Below are positions 6,963 through 16,794 of a DNA stretch of 26,176 nt, one piece after another. The translations under genes were made by a program, and so were the position numbers. Location: positions 1 to 26,176 of the forward strand of contig JBCCEA010000048.1 of assembly GCA_039030515.1 (NCBI GenBank). Reading direction: 5' to 3'. A model generated the notes under the pieces. It saw only the letters and a list, made by a program, of their open reading frames with translations. It ran no database searches and had not been told where the DNA came from. Source of the stretch: Myxococcota bacterium. Lineage in GTDB: Bacteria > Myxococcota_A > Polyangia > Polyangiales > Houyiibacteriaceae. Within the stretch, counting starts at the first letter, position 1. Every line of letters starts with the position of its first letter.

Positions 6963-9716
6963 CTAAGGTACGTTTGTGGGTGTCTGAGCGCGAATCCGAT
7001 TGGATAGGCGGTAGCCTCCTCCGGTGAGCGGCTCGGCGGAGCTGACGGGGAGGGAGGCCGGAATGGCGCCGCGCAGCTGGTAGTCTCCGGTCCAAAGGGT
7101 GGGAACCGAGCGACCCGCCTCCTCTGTCGAGGTTGCCCGCCTATCGATACATACCCAGTAGCCGGGGTGGCCCAACTCATCCCAGTAGTCCGGCTCCGCG
7201 CGGTCGAAGAAGCTAAACTGCGGGCTGTAAAACACGGAGTCTCCACCACAGGCCATCGCGCAGCCGGTTCCCGGACCGGAGAACTGATCCCCGCAGCCAC
7301 ACGTGATCTCTCCGTGCCGATCGGTCTGACCGAGGTCGCAACGAAATCCGGCCGAGGGCGCATCAGGATTCCGGTTGGGGCAGTGATCGGTGCCGAGCAC
7401 CGCGCATTCATTGATGCATCCCCGGCGGTAGTCGTAGGGTGGCTCTTCGGAATCCGCATGCTCGCCCGACAGACCCTCCGCGCCTGAGTAATCCATGACG
7501 GCCCAAACGAGACGGTCGCTCGGCAGCGCCTCGCCCGAGCGATCTGCGCTGGGTGCGCACTTGAACTCTGCCGAAAATGGATTGGTCGCTTCTCCGATGG
7601 CGCCCGGGGTCCGGTAGGGGCTTGCCGCGCTCAGTCTGCAGAGGTTGCCCTGCGCGAAGGACTGCAGGGCCTCGCCAGCTTCTTCCCGCCAGATAAGCTC
7701 GGCGCCCGTCTGTGGACGTTCCCAAACGGCGAGATTTGGGTCGGTCTCTGCCGTGCTGTTCCCGCCGTAGCCAGCCTCAGCCGCCAGAGGAAGCACGCAG
7801 CGGAACTGGCTGTGGTGGTACATTCCGGTTTCGAGAGCGCCGAGCTCGAGCGCCTCGGTGCTGAAGTCCCCCGAGCTGGAGCCGGCACCGGCGGGCGACT
7901 CCGCCTGCCTACCGCAACCACGCCAGTAACGACTGCCCGTCGGCTCGCTTTCTTCACCGGGTGCCAACAGCACCGCGCCCTGGCGACCAAAGGCGATCCG
8001 CTCGCTGCCCGGCATGTAGCGAGGGTCGCGCGGACGCTCGCGGATCACGTAGGTCTCGGGCGACTCAAACCATCCCTCGTGCGTCTCGATGAAATACGAG
8101 AGCCTCGTGTACTGACCGAACCACGCGACCGCCTGCTGAGGCATCTCTGCAAGCATTGTCTGATCGGGCCGGTCTGTTTGATGCTCTTGAAAGTCAGCGA
8201 ACCCGTTTTGATTGAAGTCCGCAGCGGCAAACGCGCATGCCTTGGTGAGGCTGTTCTTTTGCGCCGGTGTCAACGCCTGGGTATTCCCGCCCGACAGGGG
8301 CAAGGCAGGCTGCTCCGCCTGGGGAATCTGAACGTCTGTGCGATCGTTGCCGGCATGCTCGTAGAGCGGCAGCGGAACGGCCACGGGCTGACTCCCGTCG
8401 GAAATCAGGTCGATGCGCAGCGGGTCGGCCACATAGGGATCGTCGTTTTCAAGTCGGACGTGGCGTACGCGGCGAACATCACACCGCGCCTGCTGCTGCT
8501 CACCGCTGTTCGAACTCTCTGAAAATGCGATGACTTCAGCGTTGACCCAGCCGTCTCCATCCATGTCGCACTCGGTGGGAAGCCCCTCCGCGTTGGGGAA
8601 GTACCCGTCCATCATCTCGCAGACGCACGTGCCGCCATTGGAGCCGGTGGCGTTGACCGCGCGTCCTGTCGTGCCCGCGATCGGCTGTCCCCCGCTCGTT
8701 CGACACAGGGAGGTAGCGAACGCGGAGTTGCTGCAAGAAAAGCAGCGGCTCAGCCCGTCCGCGCCCACCGACCCAGCGAAGCCAGTCTCACAGATCACCC
8801 CGCAAACCGCATCAAATCCATCTCCGCCTTCCAAGCAAACTTCGCCAAGGCCGCAGGTGGACGTCACCTCGGCACAGCTCAGGGGCTGACGGCAGCGCTC
8901 TTCGTCTGCATCCCAGACGCGCCCCTCTGTGCATGCCGTATCGCAATAGGACGCTCCAGACTGAACACAAACCCGGCCCTCGGCCTCACAATTGAGATCC
9001 TCACAGGCTACGGAAGGCATGCATGTGCCGTCCCGTTCAAAGTGCCCAGGAAGGCAGCCGCCGCACGAAACGCCCTGCTCAGACTCGAAGCAGTAGCGAT
9101 GCTCTTCAGCGCAGGACAAGCACGGGGTTTCTATGCAGCCCTCGGTGGACGTGCTCAGAGGCTCCCGATAACCCGGCAGGCAGGCGCCGCAATCTGTACC
9201 GCTCGTGCCGCAAGCTCGACCGACATTTGCACACTCGGATGCGCTGCACAGAGAACCACCGGTGCAGCGTATGTCGGTCTCGTCGAGCCCATCGAGACAA
9301 CCGCCGCAGGTCGCCCCCAAGTCTCGGGTCACGCACGTCCTGCCGAGCTCAGCGCAAGCCGTAGTGAGGGACTCAGGCGTCGAAGCGTCACAGCGCATGC
9401 CTTCGATAAGCTGGCAGCTGCCGTCCGTGTCTGGGGCGTAGCCGGGAAAACATTCACCGGGAGTGCAGGCTAGCGCTGCATCGTCTGCCCGGCACGCGAC
9501 ACCCTCTCCGCAATCGAGTTCACGCTCGCAGATGTTCTCTTCGTCGCAGGAAACGCAAGGCTCGGTTCCGGAGTCTGGCGCAAATTTACCCGAGACATCC
9601 GAGGAGCTCCCACCGCAGCCGGCCGAAAGCATGGCGAACAAAGGCAGTGTGAAGCAAAGAAGCCCAGCCCGAAGCAGAGCAGAGATAGGACACGGATAAA
9701 AACGAATGGTCTTCAT
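6963..9716 (-). CDS. Large cysteine-rich lipoprotein (917 aa)
   Basis: Lipobox-like LFAMLSAG|C; four EGF-like repeats C-x3-(G/H)R-x-C...C(G/D)x(x)C(L/T)xG; acidic Ca-binding-like loops DMDGDGW and DFNQNGFAD. Its stop is 19 nt upstream of the fibre gene start. Confidence 0.82.
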   Translation of the reverse strand: MKTIRFYPCPISALLRAGLLCFTLPLFAMLSAGCGGSSSDVSGKFAPDSGTEPCVSCDEENICERELDCGEGVACRADDAALACTPGECFPGYAPDTDGSCQLIEGMRCDASTPESLTTACAELGRTCVTRDLGATCGGCLDGLDETDIRCTGGSLCSASECANVGRACGTSGTDCGACLPGYREPLSTSTEGCIETPCLSCAEEHRYCFESEQGVSCGGCLPGHFERDGTCMPSVACEDLNCEAEGRVCVQSGASYCDTACTEGRVWDADEERCRQPLSCAEVTSTCGLGEVCLEGGDGFDAVCGVICETGFAGSVGADGLSRCFSCSNSAFATSLCRTSGGQPIAGTTGRAVNATGSNGGTCVCEMMDGYFPNAEGLPTECDMDGDGWVNAEVIAFSESSNSGEQQQARCDVRRVRHVRLENDDPYVADPLRIDLISDGSQPVAVPLPLYEHAGNDRTDVQIPQAEQPALPLSGGNTQALTPAQKNSLTKACAFAAADFNQNGFADFQEHQTDRPDQTMLAEMPQQAVAWFGQYTRLSYFIETHEGWFESPETYVIRERPRDPRYMPGSERIAFGRQGAVLLAPGEESEPTGSRYWRGCGRQAESPAGAGSSSGDFSTEALELGALETGMYHHSQFRCVLPLAAEAGYGGNSTAETDPNLAVWERPQTGAELIWREEAGEALQSFAQGNLCRLSAASPYRTPGAIGEATNPFSAEFKCAPSADRSGEALPSDRLVWAVMDYSGAEGLSGEHADSEEPPYDYRRGCINECAVLGTDHCPNRNPDAPSAGFRCDLGQTDRHGEITCGCGDQFSGPGTGCAMACGGDSVFYSPQFSFFDRAEPDYWDELGHPGYWVCIDRRATSTEEAGRSVPTLWTGDYQLRGAIPASLPVSSAEPLTGGGYRLSNRIRAQTPTNVP

Positions 9717-10341
9717 GAGTTCGTGCGCTTAGGTAGTAGGCTGAGATTGAGTATTAGGCATCGCTGGAACAGAGAGTCTGCGGTAGCAGGGAGCTTGTTG
9801 TGACAGGGACGCACTCGGGACAAGGCAAGTAAGTTAAGATCAAGAAACAAGTGAAACGTTCATGGGCGTACCAGTTCCGTTGAGTGGAGGATCTGGCGCA
9901 ATGAACGAAACTTAGGGAGCGCGTTCGACAGATTATGCCGCGCGCAGGACCTGACGTCGCCTCGAGCCAGCTTAGATGTCTGGCCTAGATGCGACGTGTG
10001 GGGGTTGTACGCTCAGGACTGCCGAAAATTCCTAAGAACCTGAATCATGAGCGCTCACGAGGCTTCTTGCACAGGAAGGCTCTTTATGTAGCGTTAATTC
10101 CAAAACGATATCGAAACTGCAATCGTGTTTACGCACGAATAACTAGCATATACCGAGACCGGTGCCACTAGATTGAGATTCGATCGAGACGATTCGAGGT
10201 CGGTCATAGAGTCGCAAAGAAGCCGGGGTGCAGCGGCAAGTCCGCGCAATATGCGACTTATTTTACCTGACAAGATGAACTGGAAGGCCGGTCGAGAAAG
10301 GCAGTCGATTCCTCACTTCGGATGCCGGAATTCGTTCCACA

Positions 10342-11451
10342 CTAAAGCGAATTCAGCTCTACAGGTAGAGAGAAACAGAACGTGCTGCCGCTCCCTTCTT
10401 CAGACTCTATCCAAATGCGACCGCCGTGTGCATGTACAATCCGGCGGCAAGTAGCAAGGCCGATACCGCTTCCTTCCTGACCTTGGGCGGTACTGAGGCG
10501 AACAAGCGGCTCGAATATCGAGTCCTGATACGCTTTGTCTATTCCGATTCCATTGTCGGTGACGGCGACGACAACGCTCCCGTCCTCACCGTCATGAATG
10601 GAGATGCGTATTTGTGGCGTTACGTCGTCTACGTATCGAATCGCGTTGTCGATCAGGTTCTGCAACACCCGAATCATCAGCTCCCGGTCCACGTGAACTA
10701 CGGTGTGGAACTCCGGCGCATTCGATTCCGGCACACGGAGCTGCGCACCGGTTTCAGCGAGCTCTTGAGAAAGAAGCCGCAGCGCTTCGTCGATCAGGTC
10801 GACAACCCTACAGTTCTGCAGGCCGTGAACGAGCTCTCCCGACCTTGAGAACTCCAGCAACGATTCGACCAGCTGACCCAAACGTGTCGCCGCGCGATGC
10901 ACGTGGCCCATGAGTTCTCGCGCTTGTGGGGAAAGCCGACCTTGAATCTCCTGCTCGACCAGCTCGAGGTAGCTTCCAATTCGCCGCAAAGGCGCCTTGA
11001 GGTCGTGTGCGGCCGCCGCAGCAAACTCAGCGAGCGCGGCATTTGCCTTGTTGAGCTTTTTGACCAGTGTGGCGCGCTCCATCGCGTAGCGCATCGACCG
11101 CGCCAGCGTCCGGGGTTTGAGGTCGCCTTTTGCAAGAAAGTCCTGAGCGCCCAAACGAATCGCGTCGAGGCCAAGCTGTGGATCGTCAGTCGCGGTAAGT
11201 ACGACAACCGGTGCCTGCGGCTCCTGTTTCATGATGGAAACGAGCGTGTCCAAACCTTGGGTTTCGGTCAGCCCCAGATCCAAAATGATCACGTCGAAAT
11301 TTCTAGACCGCGCCAGAACCAGACCGTCTGAAAGATCGCTGGCTCGCTCGACCTCTACCGAGCGAAAACTAGCCGCACCAACGCAGCATTTGAACAGTTC
11401 GACGTGCGCATCGTCGTCCTCGATGAGCAGAATACTTATCTCTCGGTTCAC
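10342..11451 (-). CDS. Hybrid REC-HisKA-HATPase histidine kinase
   Basis: REC (LLIEDD, IILDLGL, VLT, LAK); H-box AAHDLKAPL; N-box NLIDNAIRY; DNGIGI; GSGIGLA; GGRIWIES...GSTFCF. GTG start after GGAG. Confidence 0.93.
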   Translation of the reverse strand: MNREISILLIEDDDAHVELFKCCVGAASFRSVEVERASDLSDGLVLARSRNFDVIILDLGLTETQGLDTLVSIMKQEPQAPVVVLTATDDPQLGLDAIRLGAQDFLAKGDLKPRTLARSMRYAMERATLVKKLNKANAALAEFAAAAAHDLKAPLRRIGSYLELVEQEIQGRLSPQARELMGHVHRAATRLGQLVESLLEFSRSGELVHGLQNCRVVDLIDEALRLLSQELAETGAQLRVPESNAPEFHTVVHVDRELMIRVLQNLIDNAIRYVDDVTPQIRISIHDGEDGSVVVAVTDNGIGIDKAYQDSIFEPLVRLSTAQGQEGSGIGLATCRRIVHAHGGRIWIESEEGSGSTFCFSLPVELNSL

Positions 11452-11549
11452 GCAGTTGCTCCTACTGGAGCGCCTCCATCACGGCGCGCATCGCTTGGGT
11501 TGTGCTCTTGGCATCGGGGGTAACACACCTTCCGGATGCTCGGGGCAGC

Positions 11550-12677
11550 TCACTTCGGACTCCAGAAAGATTCCCCTCGATGCGGCTCTAGATCGTCCGT
11601 ATCCGGCCAACTTCCTTGGCGCTTGGGAACAGAGCACCAAAAGGTCGAACCCGCCCCCGGGGTAGACTCGAGCCAAAGCCCGCCTCCAAGCACACGTGCT
11701 GCCTTTTGTGCGATGGCCAAACCTACCCCGTTGCCGCCCGCTGTTTTACTCAACTTCCGGAACAAGACAAAGATTCTTCGCTGGTGGGCCACAGGAATTC
11801 CGGCGCCCCGGTCACGCACATAGAGCGCGTAACGATCGACATCTTCTTCATATCCAATGTGAATTTCCGCTGAGGGCTGACCACAGCCGTGATCCAGCGC
11901 ATTCTCGATCAGATTGTAGAGCATCTCACGCAAAGGCTGTCGCTTGGCGTACAGCTCCGGGAGCGCGGCATCGATAGCGATGTGCGCCCCCTGCGCGGTG
12001 AGGCGGTCGCTGAGTGAGGCCCGAATGTCATCGACGACTCCATTCAAATCGATCCACTCGTCGACGGCGCCACGTCCAACCCGGCTCAGCACGGTCAAAT
12101 CGTCGAGCATCGAAGAGATCGCGCCGGTTCCCTTCAGCATCTTGTCGGCGGCGCTTTGCACAAGGGCATGATCTTGACGTGCAAGAGCTTCCTGCAGCAG
12201 AGCGCCAAACCCCTGAATCGTCACCAGCGGCGCCTTTAGATCGTGTGAAACCGCGTAGATGATCCGCTCGGTTTCATCGAAAAGGTCCTCTAGATGCGAT
12301 GCGGACGCTTCCATGGGCGCTGCCTCGGGCAGAGCGCTGACCGTAAACTCGCTTAGGAGCAGGGGCTCCTCTTCAGTCTTGAGTAACGTGGTCGCGCATC
12401 GAATGGACACGTCCGATTCTTCTCGGCGCAGATCGAATTGCAGCTCTTCTGGAGACGAGGCGCAAGACGTCTGAGACATCAACCGAGCCACCAGCGCAGC
12501 GCGACGGGAACGAACCGCGATGGGAAGAAGCATCTCAAGCGGCACGCCGGCAAGCGCTGTTCTCCGGCAGCCGAACATGCGCTCTACGGCAAGGTTGGCG
12601 AAGACGATCTCCTGACCGTCATCGATCACCATTGCATGCCGTGCGCAATCTAGTGCGAGGAAATAGAGATCCTGCAT
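11550..12677 (-). CDS. PAS-domain sensor histidine kinase (cytoplasmic)
   Basis: PAS-like IVFANLAVERMFG; H-box SHDLKAPL; NLIENA; DRGAGI; GNGVGLAI; ESTPGAGSTF. RBS GGGGAG. Confidence 0.92.
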   Translation of the reverse strand: MQDLYFLALDCARHAMVIDDGQEIVFANLAVERMFGCRRTALAGVPLEMLLPIAVRSRRAALVARLMSQTSCASSPEELQFDLRREESDVSIRCATTLLKTEEEPLLLSEFTVSALPEAAPMEASASHLEDLFDETERIIYAVSHDLKAPLVTIQGFGALLQEALARQDHALVQSAADKMLKGTGAISSMLDDLTVLSRVGRGAVDEWIDLNGVVDDIRASLSDRLTAQGAHIAIDAALPELYAKRQPLREMLYNLIENALDHGCGQPSAEIHIGYEEDVDRYALYVRDRGAGIPVAHQRRIFVLFRKLSKTAGGNGVGLAIAQKAARVLGGGLWLESTPGAGSTFWCSVPKRQGSWPDTDDLEPHRGESFWSPK

Positions 12678-12742
12678 GCTCCCCTTAATCGTTATCTTGC
12701 CTGCAACTTCGGGACGCAGACAGGGTCGAAGCGGGTCTGCGA

Positions 12743-14167
12743 CTAGCCGAGCGCAGCAGCAACCTCATAACAGCTGTGCCCACGACGCTTGGCGGTATAC
12801 ATCGCGCGGTCGGCAGAACGCACAAGCTCTGCCGCGCTCGCGCCGTGATCTGGATAGAATGCGATGCCGATGCTCGAGGTGATGCAGACTTCGGCTAGGT
12901 CCAGCCGATAGGGACGACGTATCACCTCCAGCATTCGCTGAGCGATCAACGTAGCCAGCGGAAAGTCCGAGAGATTGTCCAATACCACCGCGAACTCATC
13001 TCCACCCAGCCGGGCCACGACATCGTACTCACGAACGGTGTCTTCCAGACGCCGGCTCACCTCCACCAGCAGCTGATCACCGGCTGCATGGCCGAACTTA
13101 TCATTGACCGGCTTGAACTGATCGAGGTCGATAAACATCACCGCAAAAGGCTCGTTGGTCCTGCGTGCCCGAGAGAGGGTGTGCTGCAGGCGCTCTGTGA
13201 ACTGGGACCGATTGGCCAAACCGGTAAGGGGATCAAATCTCGCGAGCTGACTGAGGTTCTGCTCGGATCGCTTGCGCTCTCGAGCATAGCGAATCGAGCG
13301 GAGCAGCCCGGTCGCGTCGACTCCCCCTTTGATGAGGTAGTCTTGTGCTCCTGCCTGAACGGCCTGGACGGCGATGCTTTCGTCGCTGAGGCCCGTCATC
13401 ACGATCAGCGGCACATCGCTCGCTACGTTTTGTATGCGGATCACGGCATCAAGACCTCGAGCGTCGGGCAGAGAAAGATCCGTAATCACAACGCCATAGG
13501 AGTTCTTCTCGAGCAGCTCCAGTGCATGGCCAAGTCGCCTACTACGGACAAGCGTGCTCTTGTGATTCGAAAAAGAGAGGTAGGCTTCGACCAGACCCGC
13601 ATCGGAATCGTCATCCTCAAGCAGCAAAACGGTATTGGGTCGACCGCTGCGGTCTGAAAACACCGGAGGTCGGGTACTGCGCGACTCATGAAGCGAAACC
13701 GAACGCCTGACGGTGTCGACAAGCTCGTCGTCATCAAAGGGTTTGACGACGATCGAGGACACATGATTGCGAAGCTGAGCGTCCGCAGGAATCTCGACCT
13801 CAGAACGCCCAGTGACGATGACAAAAACAGTAGACGGGGTTTTGGGGTGTAGTCGGCGTATTAACTCGATACCGTCGACATCAGGCATCTTGAGGTCGGT
13901 GACCACTACCGGGTAGCAGAACTGCTCCGCCATGCAGAGCGCCTCGGAGGCATTCGAGGCGACATCGACGACAAAGCCTTTGGTCCGCAGGAGGCGTGCA
14001 AACGAAGAACGGCACAGCGCATCATCATCGACAAAGAGAACACGTGGATGATCGTCGACATGTAGGAGATGAGCCTGCTCTTCGTCCAACACCATCCGGT
14101 CGCGATCCATCGAGCTCATCGCTCTATGTGTACGGCTATGCGTGCGTTTCTTTAAGTTCCTAGACAT
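12743..14167 (-). CDS. REC-REC-GGDEF diguanylate cyclase; start may be slightly downstream
   Basis: Two receiver domains (FVDDD/TDLKMP/KPF and LEDDD/TDLSLP/LIK); DPLTGLANR; FIDLDQFKPVNDKFGHAAGD; RxxD I-site (REYD); intact RLGGDEF. Confidence 0.94.
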   Translation of the reverse strand: MSRNLKKRTHSRTHRAMSSMDRDRMVLDEEQAHLLHVDDHPRVLFVDDDALCRSSFARLLRTKGFVVDVASNASEALCMAEQFCYPVVVTDLKMPDVDGIELIRRLHPKTPSTVFVIVTGRSEVEIPADAQLRNHVSSIVVKPFDDDELVDTVRRSVSLHESRSTRPPVFSDRSGRPNTVLLLEDDDSDAGLVEAYLSFSNHKSTLVRSRRLGHALELLEKNSYGVVITDLSLPDARGLDAVIRIQNVASDVPLIVMTGLSDESIAVQAVQAGAQDYLIKGGVDATGLLRSIRYARERKRSEQNLSQLARFDPLTGLANRSQFTERLQHTLSRARRTNEPFAVMFIDLDQFKPVNDKFGHAAGDQLLVEVSRRLEDTVREYDVVARLGGDEFAVVLDNLSDFPLATLIAQRMLEVIRRPYRLDLAEVCITSSIGIAFYPDHGASAAELVRSADRAMYTAKRRGHSCYEVAAALG

Positions 14168-14467
14168 GTCAATGACGCAGTTTTACGCGCTGCTCGCCAC
14201 CTGACGCCTGTGCCGGCAACGATGGAGGCGCGTGCCCACGTATCTGAGCGAGAACGTACCAAACTTGAGGGCTCGATCATTAAAGTAAGGCAGATTTGTC
14301 GACTCGAACACGTCCCTGTTTTGGCATTCGGTCCTTAAAACAGCGGCGTTATAAGCCGGTGCAGCCCGAGGCGTTCAGGTAATTCGACCCCTCGAGATGC
14401 TCAGCAAAACTCCATCGACACCGGCTCAATTACCGAGGAACACTGTCGTTCTTTTGATGGAAGCACC

Positions 14468-16180
14468 ATGGAGGCTCCACCCTATCCGCGAAACGAGGTC
14501 GAACGGCTGAGCACCCTCCGAAGTTACTCGGTGCTCGATACAGAGGAAGAGGCGGCATTCGATCGGATCGTGCACATGGCCCAGTCGATCTGTCACACCC
14601 CGATCACCCTCGTCTCACTGGTCGATGACCACCGTCAGTGGTTCAAAGCCCGCATCGGACTGGTCGCGTCCGAAACCCCTAGAGATATCTCTTTTTGTGG
14701 ACATGTTGTCTTCGGCGCCGAGACCCTGGTAATCGAAAACACCCTAGAAGATGCGCGTTTTAGAGACAATCCCCTCGTCGTTGGATATCCGCACATTCGC
14801 TTCTATGCCGGCGCTCCGTTGCGCGCTCCGAGTGGACATATTCTCGGCACCCTCTGCGCCATCGACCATAGGCCAAGGCAGCTGAGTTCCGAAAAGCGCA
14901 TGCAACTGGAAGATTTGGCGCATGTCACGATGACTCAGCTCAATCTGCAGCGTCAGATATCGATGCGTGAGAAAGCAGAGCAAGACAGTCGAAACGCGAA
15001 CGCTTTTCTCGAGACGGCCCGTAAAACACAGAGGAATTTCTTCGAGGTATCCCTCGACCTACTCTGCATCGCGGGTTTTGACGGATACTTCAAAGAGCTG
15101 AATCCCGCCTGGACCGATACCCTAGGTTGGTCACTGAAAGAACTCTACAGCAGACCTTTTATCGACTTTGTGCATGCCGAAGACCGCGAAACCACCGTCC
15201 GTGAAGCGCAGAAATTAGCAAGAACAAGGGAATATAAGGCCGTTAAGTTTGTCAACCGATACCGAACCAGAGAGGGTGACTACCGCTGGCTGATGTGGTC
15301 CGGCACCCAAAATCCCGATGGGACCGCCATCATCGCCGCAGCAAGAGATATCACCACACTGAAGGCTCAAGAGGCGCGATTGACCGCAGAGTGTGACGCG
15401 GCTGAGGAAGCCAATCTGGCGAAGTCGACCTTTCTGGCGAACATGAGCCATGAGCTGCGCACCCCGTTGAACTCGGTCCTGGGGTTTACCAGCCTCCTAC
15501 TACGCAACGCAGGTCAGCGATTCTTGGATAGAGACCTTGATCTCTTGGAGCGAGTTCACAAAAACGGACAGCACCTGCTGTCGATGATCGATGAGATCTT
15601 GGACCTCTCCAAAGTAGAGGCTGGTCAAACCACCTTGGAGAAAGGCCCAGTCGCACTCAGTGAACTTATCGAAGAGATTCAAGACGAGCTCGCGGAACGC
15701 TTTACGGCAGCCGAAAACACACTCCGCATTTCGGTACCCACGAATCTTTTGCCGATTGAGGCAGACGCGAGGCGACTCAAGCAGATCATCGTCAACCTGG
15801 TGGTCAACGCCAATAAGTTTACCAAGCGAGGCGCGATCGAAATTCGCGTATGCGCAACAGACTCGACTCCGGTCCGCATCGACGTTGTGGATACGGGGAT
15901 CGGAATACCTAAGATGAAACAGCAGCAGATTTTCGGAGCGTTTCGTCAGGCCAGCGAAGGCACAAGCCGGCGGTATGGAGGCAGTGGACTCGGGCTTGCT
16001 ATCAGTCGAACATTATCGGAACTACACGGATTTGAGCTGGGCGTGGTCAGCCGAGAGCATGAGGGCTCCACCTTCTACCTGAAACTTGCTCCTGGTGTGC
16101 GCACACCGACCCATCGATCGTCGTCAGAGTCTGCACCTAGCGACATTCAATCGATGGGTTCGACGCCGGATAGTACATGA
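14468..16180 (+). CDS. GAF-PAS sensor histidine kinase
   Basis: GAF (ERLSTL...LDT...FDRI...RQWFKA...SFCGH...DARFRDNPLV...RFYAGAPL...GTLCAID); PAS (NPAWTDTLGWS...FVHAED); FLANMSHELRTPLN; NAxKFT; DTGIGI; GGSGLGLAIS. Confidence 0.94.
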   Translation: MEAPPYPRNEVERLSTLRSYSVLDTEEEAAFDRIVHMAQSICHTPITLVSLVDDHRQWFKARIGLVASETPRDISFCGHVVFGAETLVIENTLEDARFRDNPLVVGYPHIRFYAGAPLRAPSGHILGTLCAIDHRPRQLSSEKRMQLEDLAHVTMTQLNLQRQISMREKAEQDSRNANAFLETARKTQRNFFEVSLDLLCIAGFDGYFKELNPAWTDTLGWSLKELYSRPFIDFVHAEDRETTVREAQKLARTREYKAVKFVNRYRTREGDYRWLMWSGTQNPDGTAIIAAARDITTLKAQEARLTAECDAAEEANLAKSTFLANMSHELRTPLNSVLGFTSLLLRNAGQRFLDRDLDLLERVHKNGQHLLSMIDEILDLSKVEAGQTTLEKGPVALSELIEEIQDELAERFTAAENTLRISVPTNLLPIEADARRLKQIIVNLVVNANKFTKRGAIEIRVCATDSTPVRIDVVDTGIGIPKMKQQQIFGAFRQASEGTSRRYGGSGLGLAISRTLSELHGFELGVVSREHEGSTFYLKLAPGVRTPTHRSSSESAPSDIQSMGSTPDST

Positions 16181-16254
16181 GCAGAGTGGTGCCGGGCGGT
16201 TGAGCCACGCGTCGCACTGAACGCTGCGGTCCACTGCCTAAAGCAAAGAGTTCG

Positions 16255-16635
16255 ATGAAACGAATCGCGCTGATCGAGGACAATGAGGACAACCGGCTGC
16301 TGGTTGAAGTGCTTTTGTCCGACCGTTTTCAACTCGACGAATATGAAGACGGGAGATCCGGCATGGCGGGCCTTCGGTCGAACAAACCCGATCTGGTCCT
16401 GCTCGACATCTCGCTACCTTTTCAGAGCGGCATCGAGGTGCTCCAGGAGATTCGAGCCGACGCGTCCCTCGCAGATCTTCCCGTGATCGCTCTGACCGCC
16501 CACGCCATGGCCGACGATAAAGAGGAATTTCTGAGCAAGGGCTTTGACGCGTACGTGAGCAAACCGATCCTCGATGAGCGCATCCTGTTTGAGGCGATCG
16601 ACAAGCTACTCGCCGCCGGCCCCGAGCCTCACTAG
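16255..16635 (+). CDS. Single-domain response regulator (CheY/DivK-like)
   Basis: LIEDNEDN, PDLVLLDISLP, PVIALTAHAM, GFDAYVSKP. Confidence 0.94.
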   Translation: MKRIALIEDNEDNRLLVEVLLSDRFQLDEYEDGRSGMAGLRSNKPDLVLLDISLPFQSGIEVLQEIRADASLADLPVIALTAHAMADDKEEFLSKGFDAYVSKPILDERILFEAIDKLLAAGPEPH

Positions 16636-16794
16636 GTCAGGGGCGAGAGTTCCCACCGACCTTTTGGCATGGGGGCGGAGCATCGGCTCGACCCTCGAGA
16701 GGAGGCGTGGTGTTGCGGTGATGGTGTTTTTTCCATGCTGTTTCTTCGGCAAAGAAGATCGATAGATCGCCTCAACCCTTGCTATAGGCTCCGG

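Noticed and set aside
6944..7459. N-terminal 172 aa of the 586-aa ORF call
   Set aside because: It overlaps the lipoprotein gene in another frame; the signal peptide and RBS point to a start at 6943-6937.
10145..10170. Sigma-54 promoter (TGGCAC on the minus strand) for the lipoprotein operon
   Set aside because: The required GC at -12 is absent (GG-N10-GG).
16669..16794. N-terminal extension of purE
   Set aside because: No PurE-like sequence, and a promoter-like -10 lies inside it.
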